A DNA stretch of 38,221 bases, filler included, from Thelocarpon superellum (Eukaryota), in the NCBI GenBank assembly GCA_026025795.1. It is 12 parts of 12 records of this genome, joined end to end, with 100 filler letters (N's around TTAATTAATTAA, not from the genome) between each part and the next. Parts side by side here need not be neighbours in the genome. Positions count along the whole stretch, not along the records: positions 1 to 3,668 come from JAPEUG010000781.1; positions 3,769 to 7,419 come from JAPEUG010000782.1; positions 7,520 to 10,732 come from JAPEUG010000786.1; positions 10,833 to 14,045 come from JAPEUG010000787.1; 8 more parts are not named here. The stretch is one strand, 5' to 3'. Positions 1 to 11,431 of this stretch are shown in pieces. The position numbers and the translations under genes are program-made. Positions within the stretch are counted from its first letter, which is position 1; each line of letters starts with the position of its first letter. The notes under the pieces were generated by a model. The model did not search any database and had not been told where the DNA came from. It was given only the letters and a program-made list of their open reading frames with translations.

Positions 1-118
1 TGCCCCCCGCCAAGCCAGTTCTCATCTCATGGATGCGGGGAGACGAGCAGGACACAGAGTCCGAGACACGTTGCTGTGCCCTCAAGCTGCAGAGTCATCT
101 CGCGAATAGCCGTCGCTT

Positions 119-1486
119 ATGGCCCGCGGCCCCGTCGACCGGGCCGGCCAAGCGCCATTGCAAGATACGGCGAAAGTGAGTTGATTGGGATCAACGACCC
201 TAGATCGCCCGACTGATCAGATCGAGAAGACAAGACCCATTGCGTCGGGTGCCGAAGACGGTCGATTGCTGGACTGGAACGAAATCCGTGAGTGCGATGT
301 TCTCCATGCATCTGACAAAACGCCGAGCTGACGCGGAGCCAGCAAAATGGCAACAGTAGGTCACGCTACGATGGCCATATAGTCCGAGCCTTGCGAAAAT
401 GAAGATTAACAGCCTCAGGGATAATGAATATATCTTGACAAGCTACCGGTAAGCAGGATGTGTACTCAAAATGGGCCAATACTGAAGTTCCATCATAGGC
501 CTCCCACTGGGTCGCTCGCAGAATGTATCAAAAGCGTGCTCCAAGCTCACAACGACACCGGTATCCGCGATGGCCTTTGTCAACATACCGAAGACCTAAC
601 GAGCAAGCTAGTGAACATCCACAGCCATTTGTTTGGCGCGGCGTTGTTCTTCGCATTCCCGGCCTACTATTTCCTGAAGCATCCGTACTTCCAAGATGCG
701 AAGCCGGCGGACTTCATCGTCTTCAGCACCTTCTTCTTTGGTGTTGGAATCTGCTTCTTCCTGTCCTCGACGTCTGTCCCCTATGCATCATCTCTCCGAT
801 ATCTCTACCATCCCTGACTAGATCATGATCCCAGGTTCCACACAGTCTCGAACCACAGCCCGCGGGTCAACGTCATCGGAAACCAGCTCGACTATCTAGG
901 TATCGTGATTCTGATGTGGGGATCGACCATCCCCAGCGTCTATTACGGATACTACTGTGATCCGAACTTGCAAAAGCTCTACTGGGCCATGGTAATCCCT
1001 TCCCCGCTAGTGGCAGCCAAGCCTCCTCTCACCCAGGTACTAGGTGACTGTCTTGGCCGCGGCCTGCACCATAACGACCTTAGCACCAACCTTCCGCCAT
1101 CCGACGCTGCGGCCATGGCGAGCGGTCATGTACACAGGCTTGGGGTTTTCGTTCCTGATCCCTATGCTGCATGGCCTGATCATCTATGGCTGGCGCGTGC
1201 AGAACTACCGGATGAGCCTGAGTTGGATGGGCATCATGACATTGTTCAACTTGACGGGTGCGGTCATCTACGCGCTTCGGGTGAGTCTCTCGGCGATTGC
1301 TAGAGGAAATCCAACTGATGAGAGACGTAGGCGCCGGAGCGTTATCTTCCACGACGATACGACATCGTAGGATCCAGTCATCAAATCCTCCATTTCATGG
1401 TGATTTTCGCGGGAATAACACATCTGGTCGGCCTGCTGGAAGCGTTGAAACATGTTCGTGAGGGGACCGTGCCCTGTTTGGCGTGA
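119..1486 (+). CDS. PAQR / haemolysin-III family membrane protein (IZH-like), multi-exon
   Basis: Manual splicing gives MARGPVDRAGQAPLQDTAK|IEKT...RLLDWNEIP|KWQQ|DNEYILTSYR|PPTGS...HNDT|VNIHSH...FHTVSNHS...NQLDYLGI...PERYLPRRYDIVGSSHQILH...PCLA*. These are the PAQR motifs (NxxSH, SxxxH, D, HxxxH) with multiple hydrophobic helices. Includes a 13-nt micro-exon at 343-355. Start ATG 119 inferred; stop 1484-1486. Confidence 0.85.
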
Positions 1487-1722
1487 TGCCCATCTCATCA
1501 ATGTGTCATCCTTCATCTCTCCTCTTTTCAGAGTGCAACAGCACCTGAAAGACATGACCAGAAAACATGTGAACGAAATAGGCGTAGACAAGTCCTGGAG
1601 AGCACATGGAGCATTGCTAATCATATCGTCATCATATCCCATCCGCATGCGAATTCCGGTGTCGTTAAGCTTCCCCAACAGGTCATGATTCCAACAGATC
1701 TGGGCTAAGATGCCAAAGTCAG

Positions 1723-3379
1723 TCAGGCTTCCTTCCACTTCACATACTCCGTCACGACGGTCCCATCTCGCAGCGCGATCTTCTGATCCCGCCAGACGAA
1801 GCGGCCAAGTCGTGGCAAGAGCTTCCGCCAGATGGCCCAGTATAGCACACCTCCCAACAACACCACAATGCCGACAATCGGATAGAGCCAGTAGGGGAGG
1901 TTAGTGTCACCCTTGCCGCCCGGTGGGTACAGGAACGGCGCGACCAGGAGGAAGACCTGGCTCGCGAGAAAGAAGAGCGGCACAATGATCCACGATTTGA
2001 AGGGGCGATGGACCTCCGGCGCCGCGTAGCGAAGCCACAGAAGGCCGATCACCACGAACAAGTTGATGGCAGCGCCCGGGTAGCCCTCGACGTCGAGAAT
2101 GAAGTTATATGCGTCTCCGAAGGGGATGGCGACAATGACGATGAAAGACGGAATGAAGTGAAGGAGCAGCCCAGTTGAGGGTGAGCCCACCGGCCAGGTC
2201 GATGCCCAGAACCGTGGGAAGGGAATCACGCCCTCCTTCGCCAGCTCCTGATTGACCCGTGACTGAGCAAAGGTGACGGTCAACACGTTACCAAGCGCCG
2301 ACAGCGCGATGAATACGCTGATCGCCTGCTGCGCCGCAGTACCAAACACCTCGCCCACAAAGAACGAGGCGACCGTCACACCGCTGGCGCCGATCTGCTT
2401 GGGGGTGGCGGCCGAGTAGTAGGCAACGTTCGCCAGGATGTACAGGACGCCGCAGATACCTAGTCCAAGCGGCCCGGCGATCTTGAGTGTACGGACGGGA
2501 TTTCGGACTTCGTTGAGTACGTAGGCCGCGTTAGACCAGCCAGCGTACGAGTTGAGGACTTTGAAGAGCGCTGTCGCATACGGGCTCCCCGAGCGAACGG
2601 AGCCGGCGAAGGCGTTGTGATAGCTGGCCCCTGGATCCGGGACCCTCTTCACGCGACCGCTCAGGACGACCCAGCCTGTCTTTGCGGGCGTCAGCCACGG
2701 CGCGTAGCTTGTGGGGGAGAGGGATACTCACGACTACAATGAAGAGCAAGATGGCGACTTTGATTGAGCCCAGCAGATTCATCAGCCGGACGCCCCATTT
2801 GGGGAGCAGCGAATGAAGAAGCGTAACAAAGACGATGACCCCGATGGCGATGCCTCGTTCCGCCCATTCAGAGACCGTCGCATTTGCCGCAAGCAAGATG
2901 TTGGACGCGAACACGATACATCCCGACGCGGTGAAGCCGAGTAAGATGGCCTGGGTGGAGAAGACCACGGTGGCCAAGAACCTGGGCCGTTTATAGACGG
3001 CTTCGAGGTAGACCTTCTCGCCGCCGGAGCGAGGGAACATGGTGCCAAACTCAAGCCAGACGAAGAGACCCGCGAAGGAGAGTACGAGGCCAAAGACCCA
3101 GAGCAGCAGGGCCGCGCCAACGCTCCCCACACCGCTCGTGATGGACGACGGCGTGGAGAAGATACCGGTCCCGATGATCCGGCCGATGCTGCGACATGAT
3201 CAGCGCGATAACCTAGCTCAGGATGGCCTCTTGCACATGAGAAAGGTGGTCGAGAACAGGCCCAAATGCCGCCCCAATCCTCCTGCGGTATCCTCTTCCA
3301 GAGTCAGCGTGCCTGCAGGCACGACCTCCTCCGCAACGACCCCATTCTTCCTATCCACCTGGTCATCCACGTAAGACAT
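1723..3379 (-). CDS. APC-superfamily amino-acid permease, high-affinity methionine permease (MUP1-like), 3 exons
   Basis: MSYVDDQVD...GLGRHLGLFSTTFL|IIGRIIGTGIFSTPSSI...LEFGTMFPRSGGEKVYLE...SYAGWSNAAYVLNEVRNPVRTL...SRVNQELAKEGVIPF. LAT/MUP-family signatures and many TM segments; GT-AG introns near 3195-3235 and 2677-2730. Confidence 0.88.
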
Positions 3380-3668
3380 GACGAGGGCGACAAACGAAAG
3401 CTGATAAGAAAGATCCCTGCAAAGAGGTGTGAGAGATGTTGAGAAGATCACTTGTCGCGATCCTTGCAATGCCTCATCATGATTTCCCAGAACGGCAATG
3501 AAGACGACTAGATATATGCGTTTAGGGGCCCGAATCGCAATGTACGTCATGAGATCATGGCGACATCTTGCGCGATCATTCAGATCAAGCCCGTGCCAGC
3601 GCACGAGCCCACTTTAGACTCGCCCGCTTGCTACCACTCGGCCCAAACTGCCGAGGCCGAGGCGGCTC

Positions 3669-3768
3669 NNNNNNNNNNNNNNNNNNNNNNNNNNNNNNNN
3701 NNNNNNNNNNNNTTAATTAATTAANNNNNNNNNNNNNNNNNNNNNNNNNNNNNNNNNNNNNNNNNNNN
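3669..3768. other. Artificial contig-joining spacer N44-TTAATTAATTAA-N44 (first of 11)
   Basis: Identical 100-bp spacers with a six-frame stop linker at 3669-3768, 7420-7519, 10733-10832, 14046-14145, 17233-17332, 20406-20505, 23508-23607, 26593-26692, 29631-29730, 32609-32708 and 35471-35570. Confidence 0.99.
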
Positions 3769-3787
3769 GCCATCCAAGGTCACTGAC

Positions 3788-4117
3788 CACGACGGGGTCG
3801 ACAAAGGCCGTCCAATCGTCTCCACTTTCGAAGAGGGCCAGCGCAAAGGAGACGGCGGCCGAGCCCAGGAGGATGATGACTAGCTGGTCCTTGAATTGCT
3901 CGAGTACGAGCTGCCAGAGGGGGGTGGGGGGCTCTTCTTCCAATGCTGTCGTAGATCATCAGCGGGGAAGACTTGGTGAAGGGGTCTTGTCCTCCCTACC
4001 ATTGCGTCCGTACTGCTCCCGCGCAATCTGCACCTGTACTTCCGACAGCCCATCCTTCTCCGAGCTACCCAGCCGCTTAAGGCATTCCGCTTCCGAACGA
4101 GTGTACGGCTGATCCAT
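3788..4117 (-). CDS. SERCA-type P-type Ca2+-ATPase, first two exons only (truncated by contig end)
   Basis: [92 protein letters not shown]. This is the typical SERCA N-terminus plus TM1-2. Confidence 0.9.
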
Positions 4118-5861
4118 GACGCCAACGCTGGAGTGGCGAGCTCTGAAGCTCAAAAGATCTTGGAAATGTGGAGATGGGGAGCTTGGCGGAGGGCCAGCTG
4201 TACCCGAGAAAGATATGCAACCAGCTCCAATGAGGGAGGAAAGGGGGACTACCGGTAATGAGCGGAGCGAAAGGAAGAAAGAAGCGGCCGTTGGTCAAGG
4301 TCAAACATGATCCACTTTACCACATCGACCAATTCTCGGCGACACAACGTGGCCTGAAATATGGTCGGAACTAGAGGACGGTTCGATATTATCGTGGTTT
4401 GGATTAGGTAAGCCGGCCGCTAATGACGCTCAAATGCCACGGCCGTGATCGGGGGTGGAAGGATTTCGTAGGGGATCCTCTCGGTTGGCGGATCCGAGCG
4501 GGCAGCCATTGACCGACGTCGCCGTCCGCCTGTCCCTCGCGCATTGTGCATGTTGCGATGTGCAGTGGGTCAAAGGCATCTGATCCCCGCCTGCGGGATG
4601 ATCGTCATCGTTCGTATCGCTCCTAGAGTAGCAGTACTTGTACCCGTGGTGACGCTGGTCGGGGACATGCTGTGGGCAGGTTACTCATCCGGCGTAGTGA
4701 GGTGCAATGTGACGTCGGAGATACTCTGCTCTACCTCAAAGCAGGACTAGCGATGCGCGCGACAGCGGTGACTACGAGACTAGGATGGATGTAGGCAGCC
4801 ATGATGTATGGCGCAGGGGAGCGTCGGGGAATTATGTACAGGAAGAGTTGCTTGTCGCCTCTGGCGAGTTGGTCAACCACAACAAAAGATGGGGGCATGC
4901 GCGAGGCTGAACCGGATGCGCCAATGGCATGCGTGCGAGTTCAGCCACGGCAGCGGTCCTGTCAGCCCCCAGCGCGCGCGAGGGCGTGGATTGGGGCGGA
5001 GATATGGCCGTCTCAACGTGGTGGAGAAGGGTGCAGGTGCGACGGTGATGGACGAGTACCACCTCCGTGCCTACCGTGGAAAGGGTGAGGCATCGAGGGA
5101 GGCGCAAGACTGTGCAGGCATGAGTACCAGCGTTGGGTGGGACTAGTCATCATGCTAGCAGAACTCGTGGCAGATGCTGGAACGGAGCGAGCTTGATAGC
5201 CACTCGGTTCACTCATGTTTGTTGTGCTTGAGGCAAGCTGTGGCCGGCCGACCACCAACGGGCCGCATTAAAGGTCGGCATGGAGGGAAGTGTGGGAGTA
5301 GATTGGAAGGCGCGAGACGGGTGTGATCGGTGGGAGCGCCTCGTGGCTCCGTCGCACTCTCAACACTGACGAGTAGTGCGTCGCCGTGCTCCGTACAGAC
5401 AATGGCGCTGTGATTCCGTTGGCGTGGGTGCGTGCGTGCGTGGCTGCGAGGCTGGGTGGTGGTGGGTTACGGGGGAGTGGTAGAGGGAGCAACTCGTACC
5501 GCAGGTTTCAGGCGGCAACAACGGTCGGCGAGCAGCGAGCAGCGAGCAGTCCCGGCCAGCGGAGCCAGCGGCGAGAAGGCAACCTGGGAAAGGCACGGGG
5601 GGTGGTGGGCGGTCGGTGGTATGGGTGGGTGAGGGTCGCTAAGACGCTACGAGCTGCGCCCACCAGGACAGCAAGACACCGCGTGCGGGCCCTTCGATCG
5701 TCGCCCAAATCTCGAATGCACCACACACGATAGCCCTCTCTCTCCACCACGATACCTGATCGACTTGCACACGCATCCACCTCTAGCTTCTCTCATCTTC
5801 ATCACTGCTTGCACTCCTTCTTTGCCTCTACCAGAACATCCTCCTCCGGCGATAGATCACC

Positions 5862-7271
5862 ATGACGACTGAGGTACGTGATTCCGCTAGATGGTCTCCT
5901 TTCCATCCCTCCACCCTACCTCGCGGCCGGCCCCGTGCGTTCCCGCTCCGGAGTGGTGGATTCCCGGCCCAGATCATCTCACTTTTGCCCCTCCTGTCAC
6001 TCGGCCGCTATCGAAACCGCTTACTGACGATGATCCCACAAACAGCGCGAGAGGTATCTAGGACCACGAACGTCCTCGTCCCCAATCCCACGTTGACCGT
6101 CTCGCAGTAAAACCTTCCTGGCTCGGCTATGCGAGCAGGCGGAACGCTACGATGGTGAGTCTCGGAGACGGAGAAACGTGGGAGCGATGGCGGATGCTGA
6201 TGCTGGTTCGATGCAGAGATGGTCAATTTCATGAAGGTGGGTGTTGTCCCCACACGTCCGTTACCCGTGCCACTAAGATACTGATGATGTTGCGATACGC
6301 AGGAGGTGGCAAAGGTACGGCCGCATGCTCATGGCATATGATCCCCCACCACGGCGGCGCCTCTAACGGGTCCCTTTGCAGCTGAGCGGTGAACTGACCG
6401 TGGATGAGCGGAATCTGCTGTCCGTGGCGTACAAGAACGTGGTCGGCACCCGCCGTGCCTCTTGGCGCATCATCTCGTCGATTGAGCAGAAGGAGGAATC
6501 CAAGGGCTCAGACAAGCACGTTGGCACCATCCGCGACTACCGCCAGAAGATCGAGACAGAGCTCGAGAAAGTGTGCCAGGATGTGCTTGATGTGCTGGAC
6601 GAGTCTCTGATCCCCAAGGCTGAGTCGGGCGAGTCCAAGGTGTTCTATCACAAGATGTGAGTGTCGGCAGGATGGCTAGTCCTGATCTCGACGCCGCCCA
6701 CGACCCATGTTCATGCGTAGCCGTACAGGAAGGGTGATTATCACCGCTATCTCGCCGAGTTTGCGTCGGGCGAGAAGCGCAAGGTCGCTGCCACGGCCGC
6801 TCACGAGGCTTACAAGGTCGGTCACCTCGTCCGGTCTCTTCAGCTATTCCGTACCGCCATGGTGCTGACTGCGCCTAGAACGCCACCGATGTGGCGCAGA
6901 CCGAGCTCACGCCGACGCACCCGATCCGCCTAGGCCTCGCGCTCAACTTCTCCGTCTTCTACTACGAGATCCTCAATTCCCCCGATCGCGCGTGCCATCT
7001 CGCCAAGCAGGCCTTTGACGACGCCATCGCCGAGCTCGACTCGTTGTCGGAAGAGTCTTACCGTGACAGCACGCTCATCATGCAGCTCCTCCGAGACAAC
7101 CTGACCCTGTGGACCTCGTCCGATGGTGCCGAGCCCGAGACGGCCGCCGCCGCGCCCGCGGAGCCGGCCAAGGAGGCCGATAAGCCTGCGGAGCCGGCCG
7201 AGGCTAAGCCCGAAGAGCCGGCGGCCGAGGCCAAGCCGGAGGCGGTGCCGGCGCCTGCGCCGGAGTCCTAG
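5862..7271 (+). CDS. artA: 14-3-3 protein (ArtA/Rad24/Bmh type), 8 coding exons
   Basis: Exons 5862-5873, 6046-6053, 6108-6154, 6217-6236, 6303-6314, 6382-6657, 6729-6816 and 6879-7271 give [55 protein letters not shown]...[20 protein letters not shown]...[17 protein letters not shown] plus an Ala/Pro/Glu tail. Confidence 0.96.
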
Positions 7272-7519
7272 ACATTGGCAGAGCACGGGTTGTGGGGATG
7301 GGGGTAGGCGTGGGTGTGGGTAGACGGGACGGTGGATGGTTGAAGCGGGAGTGTGGACGTGGACATGAACTCAGACGGGCGAGCGTGGTCTTGGGCCTGG
7401 CCTGGGCCGGCACCGTCCANNNNNNNNNNNNNNNNNNNNNNNNNNNNNNNNNNNNNNNNNNNNTTAATTAATTAANNNNNNNNNNNNNNNNNNNNNNNNN
7501 NNNNNNNNNNNNNNNNNNN

Positions 7520-7712
7520 TCTGTATTCGCGCCGATTCCAAGCCGGATTGGGTCAGGTGGCCCGAGGGGAAGAAGAGCGTGCATGTGGAGTACGGCGAAG
7601 AAAGCATCGAGGGGTATGTGGCTGCTGAGACGGGTGACCGGGGTAGGAAGAAGGTGCAGACTGATGACCGAGAAACAGTTGGCACCGCAAGCACGGCTTG
7701 TATTTTGACTAG
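7520..7712 (+). CDS. 3' end of a probable GFA/Mss4-like (CENP-V) family protein, partial
   Basis: CIRADSKPDWVRWPEGKKSVHVEYGEESIEG|WHRKHGLYFD* across an intron GTATGT...CTGAT...CAG. Resembles the SKxxWV...YxxESIxxWHxxxGL C-terminus of fungal GFA-domain proteins. 5' part is off-contig. Confidence 0.55.
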
Positions 7713-7813
7713 GGATGGATGCCACGCGTTACGGACATTCAAAGCCGGTGGAAAGCAGGCGCTAGCTAACCACCCACCTCGTCTCTACAATCATCGTTCT
7801 ATCCGTTCTTTCA

Positions 7814-7988
7814 CATCCTCATTCTCATCCTCACCTTCATCTTCACCCTCATCCTCATCCTCATCCTCATCCTCATCCTCACCCTCATCCTCACCCTCAT
7901 CCTCATCCTCATCCTCATCCTCATCCTCATCTTCACCCTCATCCTCATCCTCATCCTCATCCTCATCCTCATCCTCATCCTCATCCTC
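7814..7988. repeat. (TCCTCA)n hexanucleotide microsatellite
   Basis: About 175 bp of near-perfect ATCCTC units with ACCCTC/ATCTTC variants; overlaps the TRL1 stop codon. Confidence 0.97.
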
Positions 7989-10455
7989 GCTGCTGCATGA
8001 TCGCGCGAACACTCCCGTCCAAGATGACAGTCTTGTCCAGGGGCAGCTCACCGATCCCACTGTCCTCTCCGCTCCCTCGTTCCAACCAGGCCGCAAGCAG
8101 CTTGTTGCTCTCCTTGGGCTTGATGTCCGGAGAGGCGGTGCCAATGGTCACATGTGCCATGGCGTTGGTCGTATGAAAGCGCTTCTCGTCCGCATCCAGC
8201 AGTCGCGCCACGATGCACATGAGTCGCTCGTCCCACACCACCCGCTCGAGCTGCACCCGGCACTCGCCCAAGGACGGATCGATGGGCATGGATCCGGCCG
8301 GGCGTCCAGCCGCCTCGGACGCGAGCGTCTCCGTGTAGAGCTGCGTGAACTTCCGCCACGCGTCTGGGAAGGCGGTGCTGTTGGCGCGATGGACCAGCGT
8401 GACGTGGAAGCTCGCCTGGATCCGGCGCCCTTGCTGCAGCACGCGGTAGAACCGGGACACGTCCGCTGGCTGCCCGTCGAACAGGGTCTCGAGCGTGTTG
8501 AGCACGGCCATGGTGGGCAGTTGGACGCAGAAAAAGTCGACCTTGCCATCTTTGCGCTTCGGCTCGCGCGGCGGAGCCGCGCCACGGTTGGGCAGCTGTC
8601 GTTTCTTGTCCCTGGGCGAGGCCAGCGCATGCTTCACGTCCGGTCGATATTCTTGCAGCGCGGCCTCGAGCGCTCGGTCGAGCGATGCGGACGAGGGCAT
8701 GTCCACGATGAGCTTGGGATAGAGGGCGTGAAGTTGCCTCACCACCGTCTCCAGATTCTGGCGCGAGGAAGCCAGGACGTCGAGGTCGATGATGGCGTCG
8801 AACCCGTCGTCCGGGTGATTGTGCGGCGTCACTGGCTGAAAGCGATGCAGGAAGCCTTCCATGATGCCCACAACCTTCTCCGGCGCCTCACTCCCCGCGT
8901 GGATGGTCTGGTGATTGTCGCCGCGAGAGAGCACACGGTCTCGCGTGACCTTCCGGATCTGATCGTAATATCGCTGTCGGCCCTCCCCCGCCTGCTCGTG
9001 CACATAATGCAGCGCCACCAGCCGCGGGTCGGGAAGGCGAAGGCGAACGTCGTGAATGATCTGCTCACGTTCACGTTTCTCGGAATTGTTGCGATCCGCC
9101 ACCACCGCCGGCGAAACCTGCAATGCTTCACGGACCTGCTCGGCGAACCGCCGTGGTCGATTGCTGCCCACGATGTTGTCATTCTGCACGTGGCCCCACC
9201 CAAAGAGGTGGTGCAGGGCCACGGCCACCGTCGTTTTGCCACAGCCGATCGTCGCCACCGGAACCAGCACGACGTCACCCGTCACCTCTAGAGCCTCGTC
9301 GCCGGACTCCTCGTCTTCCTGTCGAATGACGTCGGCTCCCCGGAGGCCTTTCTCCTGCAGGAAGCCGTCCCGCATGGCGATGATGCCATGATTGCGATTG
9401 AATTCGTGGACCAGCTTGGGATTCTTGGCCAGCCGTCGTTTCGCGTAGAGGATATACTCATCCGTGATCCTCTTGTGCTTCTTGTACTTTGCCGGCCGTC
9501 CCGCAATCACAGCCCTGGTCACTTCGCGCCATTGTCGGTACATAAGGTAGGGCTCCTCGAATTTGTACTTGAAGAACCAGTCCGTCCATGCCCCGCGAGC
9601 ACCGTCGCGCGCTTGGCATCGGATCACGAAGCCCTCCACGTCCTTCCCCTCCCACGCACCCGTCTCGCCCACACCCTCCAGAAAGTCGCGAACGGCGCCA
9701 ATGTCCTCCTTGATCAAGTACTCTGCCTTGCGGAATCCCCACGCGTCGGCAAAGGCGTGCACCAAGTGGCCCGGATACGTCGCAAATTCAGGCAGGTTGA
9801 GGTTGATACCATGCAGATAGAGGCCGGCGTGGTCCGCGTCGTAGGTGAGGACATGCTCCTCAAACTCGTCGTCGCAGAGCTCGGCCACAGCGGTGGCGTT
9901 CATCCGCCGCAGTTGTCGCGCCAATTGCTCCCTCGTCTTGCCCACCGCAGCCAGGTGCCGGTCGACCCAGCGCTCGCCAGCCACGGCGTGACTGAGTCCG
10001 TCATTTGACCCGGCGCCGGTGGAGTGTTTGCTACAGATGAGGAGAGCATCATTGGGAAGGGCCGACAGGAAGATGATGCACCCATTTTCCTTCACGCTCA
10101 GCTCGTACGGGCCCCGCGTGTTTTCCTCGATGTTGGCCCAGCTGGTCTTGGCCACCTCGTCCGTGTTGAAGAACTTGTCGTATCCTCGCACCACAATCTC
10201 CGGGTGAGGCCGAGCGAGCGTGAAGAGTCCGCGCGCATAGGTGGGCAGGTCGTCGAGCTTGTAGTCCCAATCTCGGAATCGCCATGAATCGACCGTGACG
10301 CCATCGAGCCCTGGTGCGGGAAAGCTGCCTTTCTTGCAGCTGAACGACTTCGCTCCGTGCGTCGCCTTCTTTGCATGGGCTTCTAGGCTCTGGATGAGCC
10401 GACTGACCTCATGAGCGTTTTGCGGCGCAAACGGCGCCTCGTGTGTCCCCGCCAT
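7981..10455 (-). CDS. TRL1: Fungal tRNA ligase Trl1 (ligase-kinase-cyclic phosphodiesterase), single exon, 824 aa
   Basis: Ligase motif I (ELSVKENGCIIF), RGYDKFFN, EGFVIR, FFKYKFEEPYLMYRQWRE; kinase P-loop (VATIGCGKTT) and ADRNN; two 2H HxT motifs (FHVTL, AHVTI). Confidence 0.96.
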   Translation of the reverse strand: MAGTHEAPFAPQNAHEVSRLIQSLEAHAKKATHGAKSFSCKKGSFPAPGLDGVTVDSWRFRDWDYKLDDLPTYARGLFTLARPHPEIVVRGYDKFFNTDEVAKTSWANIEENTRGPYELSVKENGCIIFLSALPNDALLICSKHSTGAGSNDGLSHAVAGERWVDRHLAAVGKTREQLARQLRRMNATAVAELCDDEFEEHVLTYDADHAGLYLHGINLNLPEFATYPGHLVHAFADAWGFRKAEYLIKEDIGAVRDFLEGVGETGAWEGKDVEGFVIRCQARDGARGAWTDWFFKYKFEEPYLMYRQWREVTRAVIAGRPAKYKKHKRITDEYILYAKRRLAKNPKLVHEFNRNHGIIAMRDGFLQEKGLRGADVIRQEDEESGDEALEVTGDVVLVPVATIGCGKTTVAVALHHLFGWGHVQNDNIVGSNRPRRFAEQVREALQVSPAVVADRNNSEKREREQIIHDVRLRLPDPRLVALHYVHEQAGEGRQRYYDQIRKVTRDRVLSRGDNHQTIHAGSEAPEKVVGIMEGFLHRFQPVTPHNHPDDGFDAIIDLDVLASSRQNLETVVRQLHALYPKLIVDMPSSASLDRALEAALQEYRPDVKHALASPRDKKRQLPNRGAAPPREPKRKDGKVDFFCVQLPTMAVLNTLETLFDGQPADVSRFYRVLQQGRRIQASFHVTLVHRANSTAFPDAWRKFTQLYTETLASEAAGRPAGSMPIDPSLGECRVQLERVVWDERLMCIVARLLDADEKRFHTTNAMAHVTIGTASPDIKPKESNKLLAAWLERGSGEDSGIGELPLDKTVILDGSVRAIMQQRG

Positions 10456-10606
10456 GGCGGCTGGAGCGCTGAATATCAGGCCTGAGATTGCACCAGCCCT
10501 GATGCGAGAACTTCAATGAAGATGCTCCCATAGGTAGAACTGTAGTAGGGCAAGTGACTAGGACAAACGTTCTGGATGTCCTGGGCGCGGTGGGAGGAAT
10601 ATGGAA

Positions 10607-10732
10607 GATGGGAGACAGGAGATGGGAGACAGGAGATGGGAGACAGGAGATGGGAGACAGGAGATGGGAGACAGGAGATGGGAGACAGGAGATGGGAGAC
10701 AGGAGATGGGAGACAGGAGATGGGAGACAGGA
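10607..10732. repeat. 14-bp tandem minisatellite (GATGGGAGACAGGA) x9, running into the contig end
   Basis: Nine identical units with no spacers. Confidence 0.97.
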
Positions 10733-11431
10733 NNNNNNNNNNNNNNNNNNNNNNNNNNNNNNNNNNNNNNNNNNNNTTAATTAATTAANNNNNNNNNNNN
10801 NNNNNNNNNNNNNNNNNNNNNNNNNNNNNNNNCGCAGGGTGCGGCCGTGGCCCTCGGTCGGATGAGCGCCAGCGCCGGCGACCAGCGACAGGTCAGCCGG
10901 GGCGCGAGCGCGGGGGGCGAAAGCGACAGACTTTCTCTCATCGACGAGTCAGGTACCGCCTATCCAGAGGGAGTAAAGTGAGAAAAAAAGCGGAGGGTCC
11001 GTCGCTGGCCGACCGCACCGCCATTCTCCTTACCTTAATTTCCAATATGGCAGGGCCGCATGCGCCTGCGCCTGCGCCTGACCGTCTCTTCATTTCAGCA
11101 TAATCTCGCGCGCTCCGTCCCTAGCTGGCAGGCTCGACGCTGGGCCAGCGTGGTAGCGCCCCGTCCTCGGCCGCGGTCGTTTCGTCCTCGCCGGCCTCCA
11201 TCCTTCTCGTCGCTGCCCGCTGACTGCTGCCGCGCCGACCTGTGTTTCTCTTACATCGTCTGCCCCAGTATCCGATTTGCATCGTGTGTTTGCTCGACCA
11301 TTTCCCCCTCCCACCCGCCGCCGCCGCCGCCGCCGCTCATCCACTAATTGGCCTGCACCACCTTCCTTGACACGCTCCTTGTGTGCGTTCCATCGTCGCT
11401 TTTCCCGGCGCCCGTCTCTCAGTTCCATGGA

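Noticed and set aside
3713..3724. Recurrent TTAATTAATTAA motif and ORFs ending in X...LIN
   Set aside because: Synthetic stop-codon linker inside N spacers; not biological.
7579..9291. 570-aa plus-strand ORF with poly-Ser
   Set aside because: Antisense shadow of GC3-rich TRL1 plus the TCCTCA microsatellite; only its first codons belong to the GFA-like exon.
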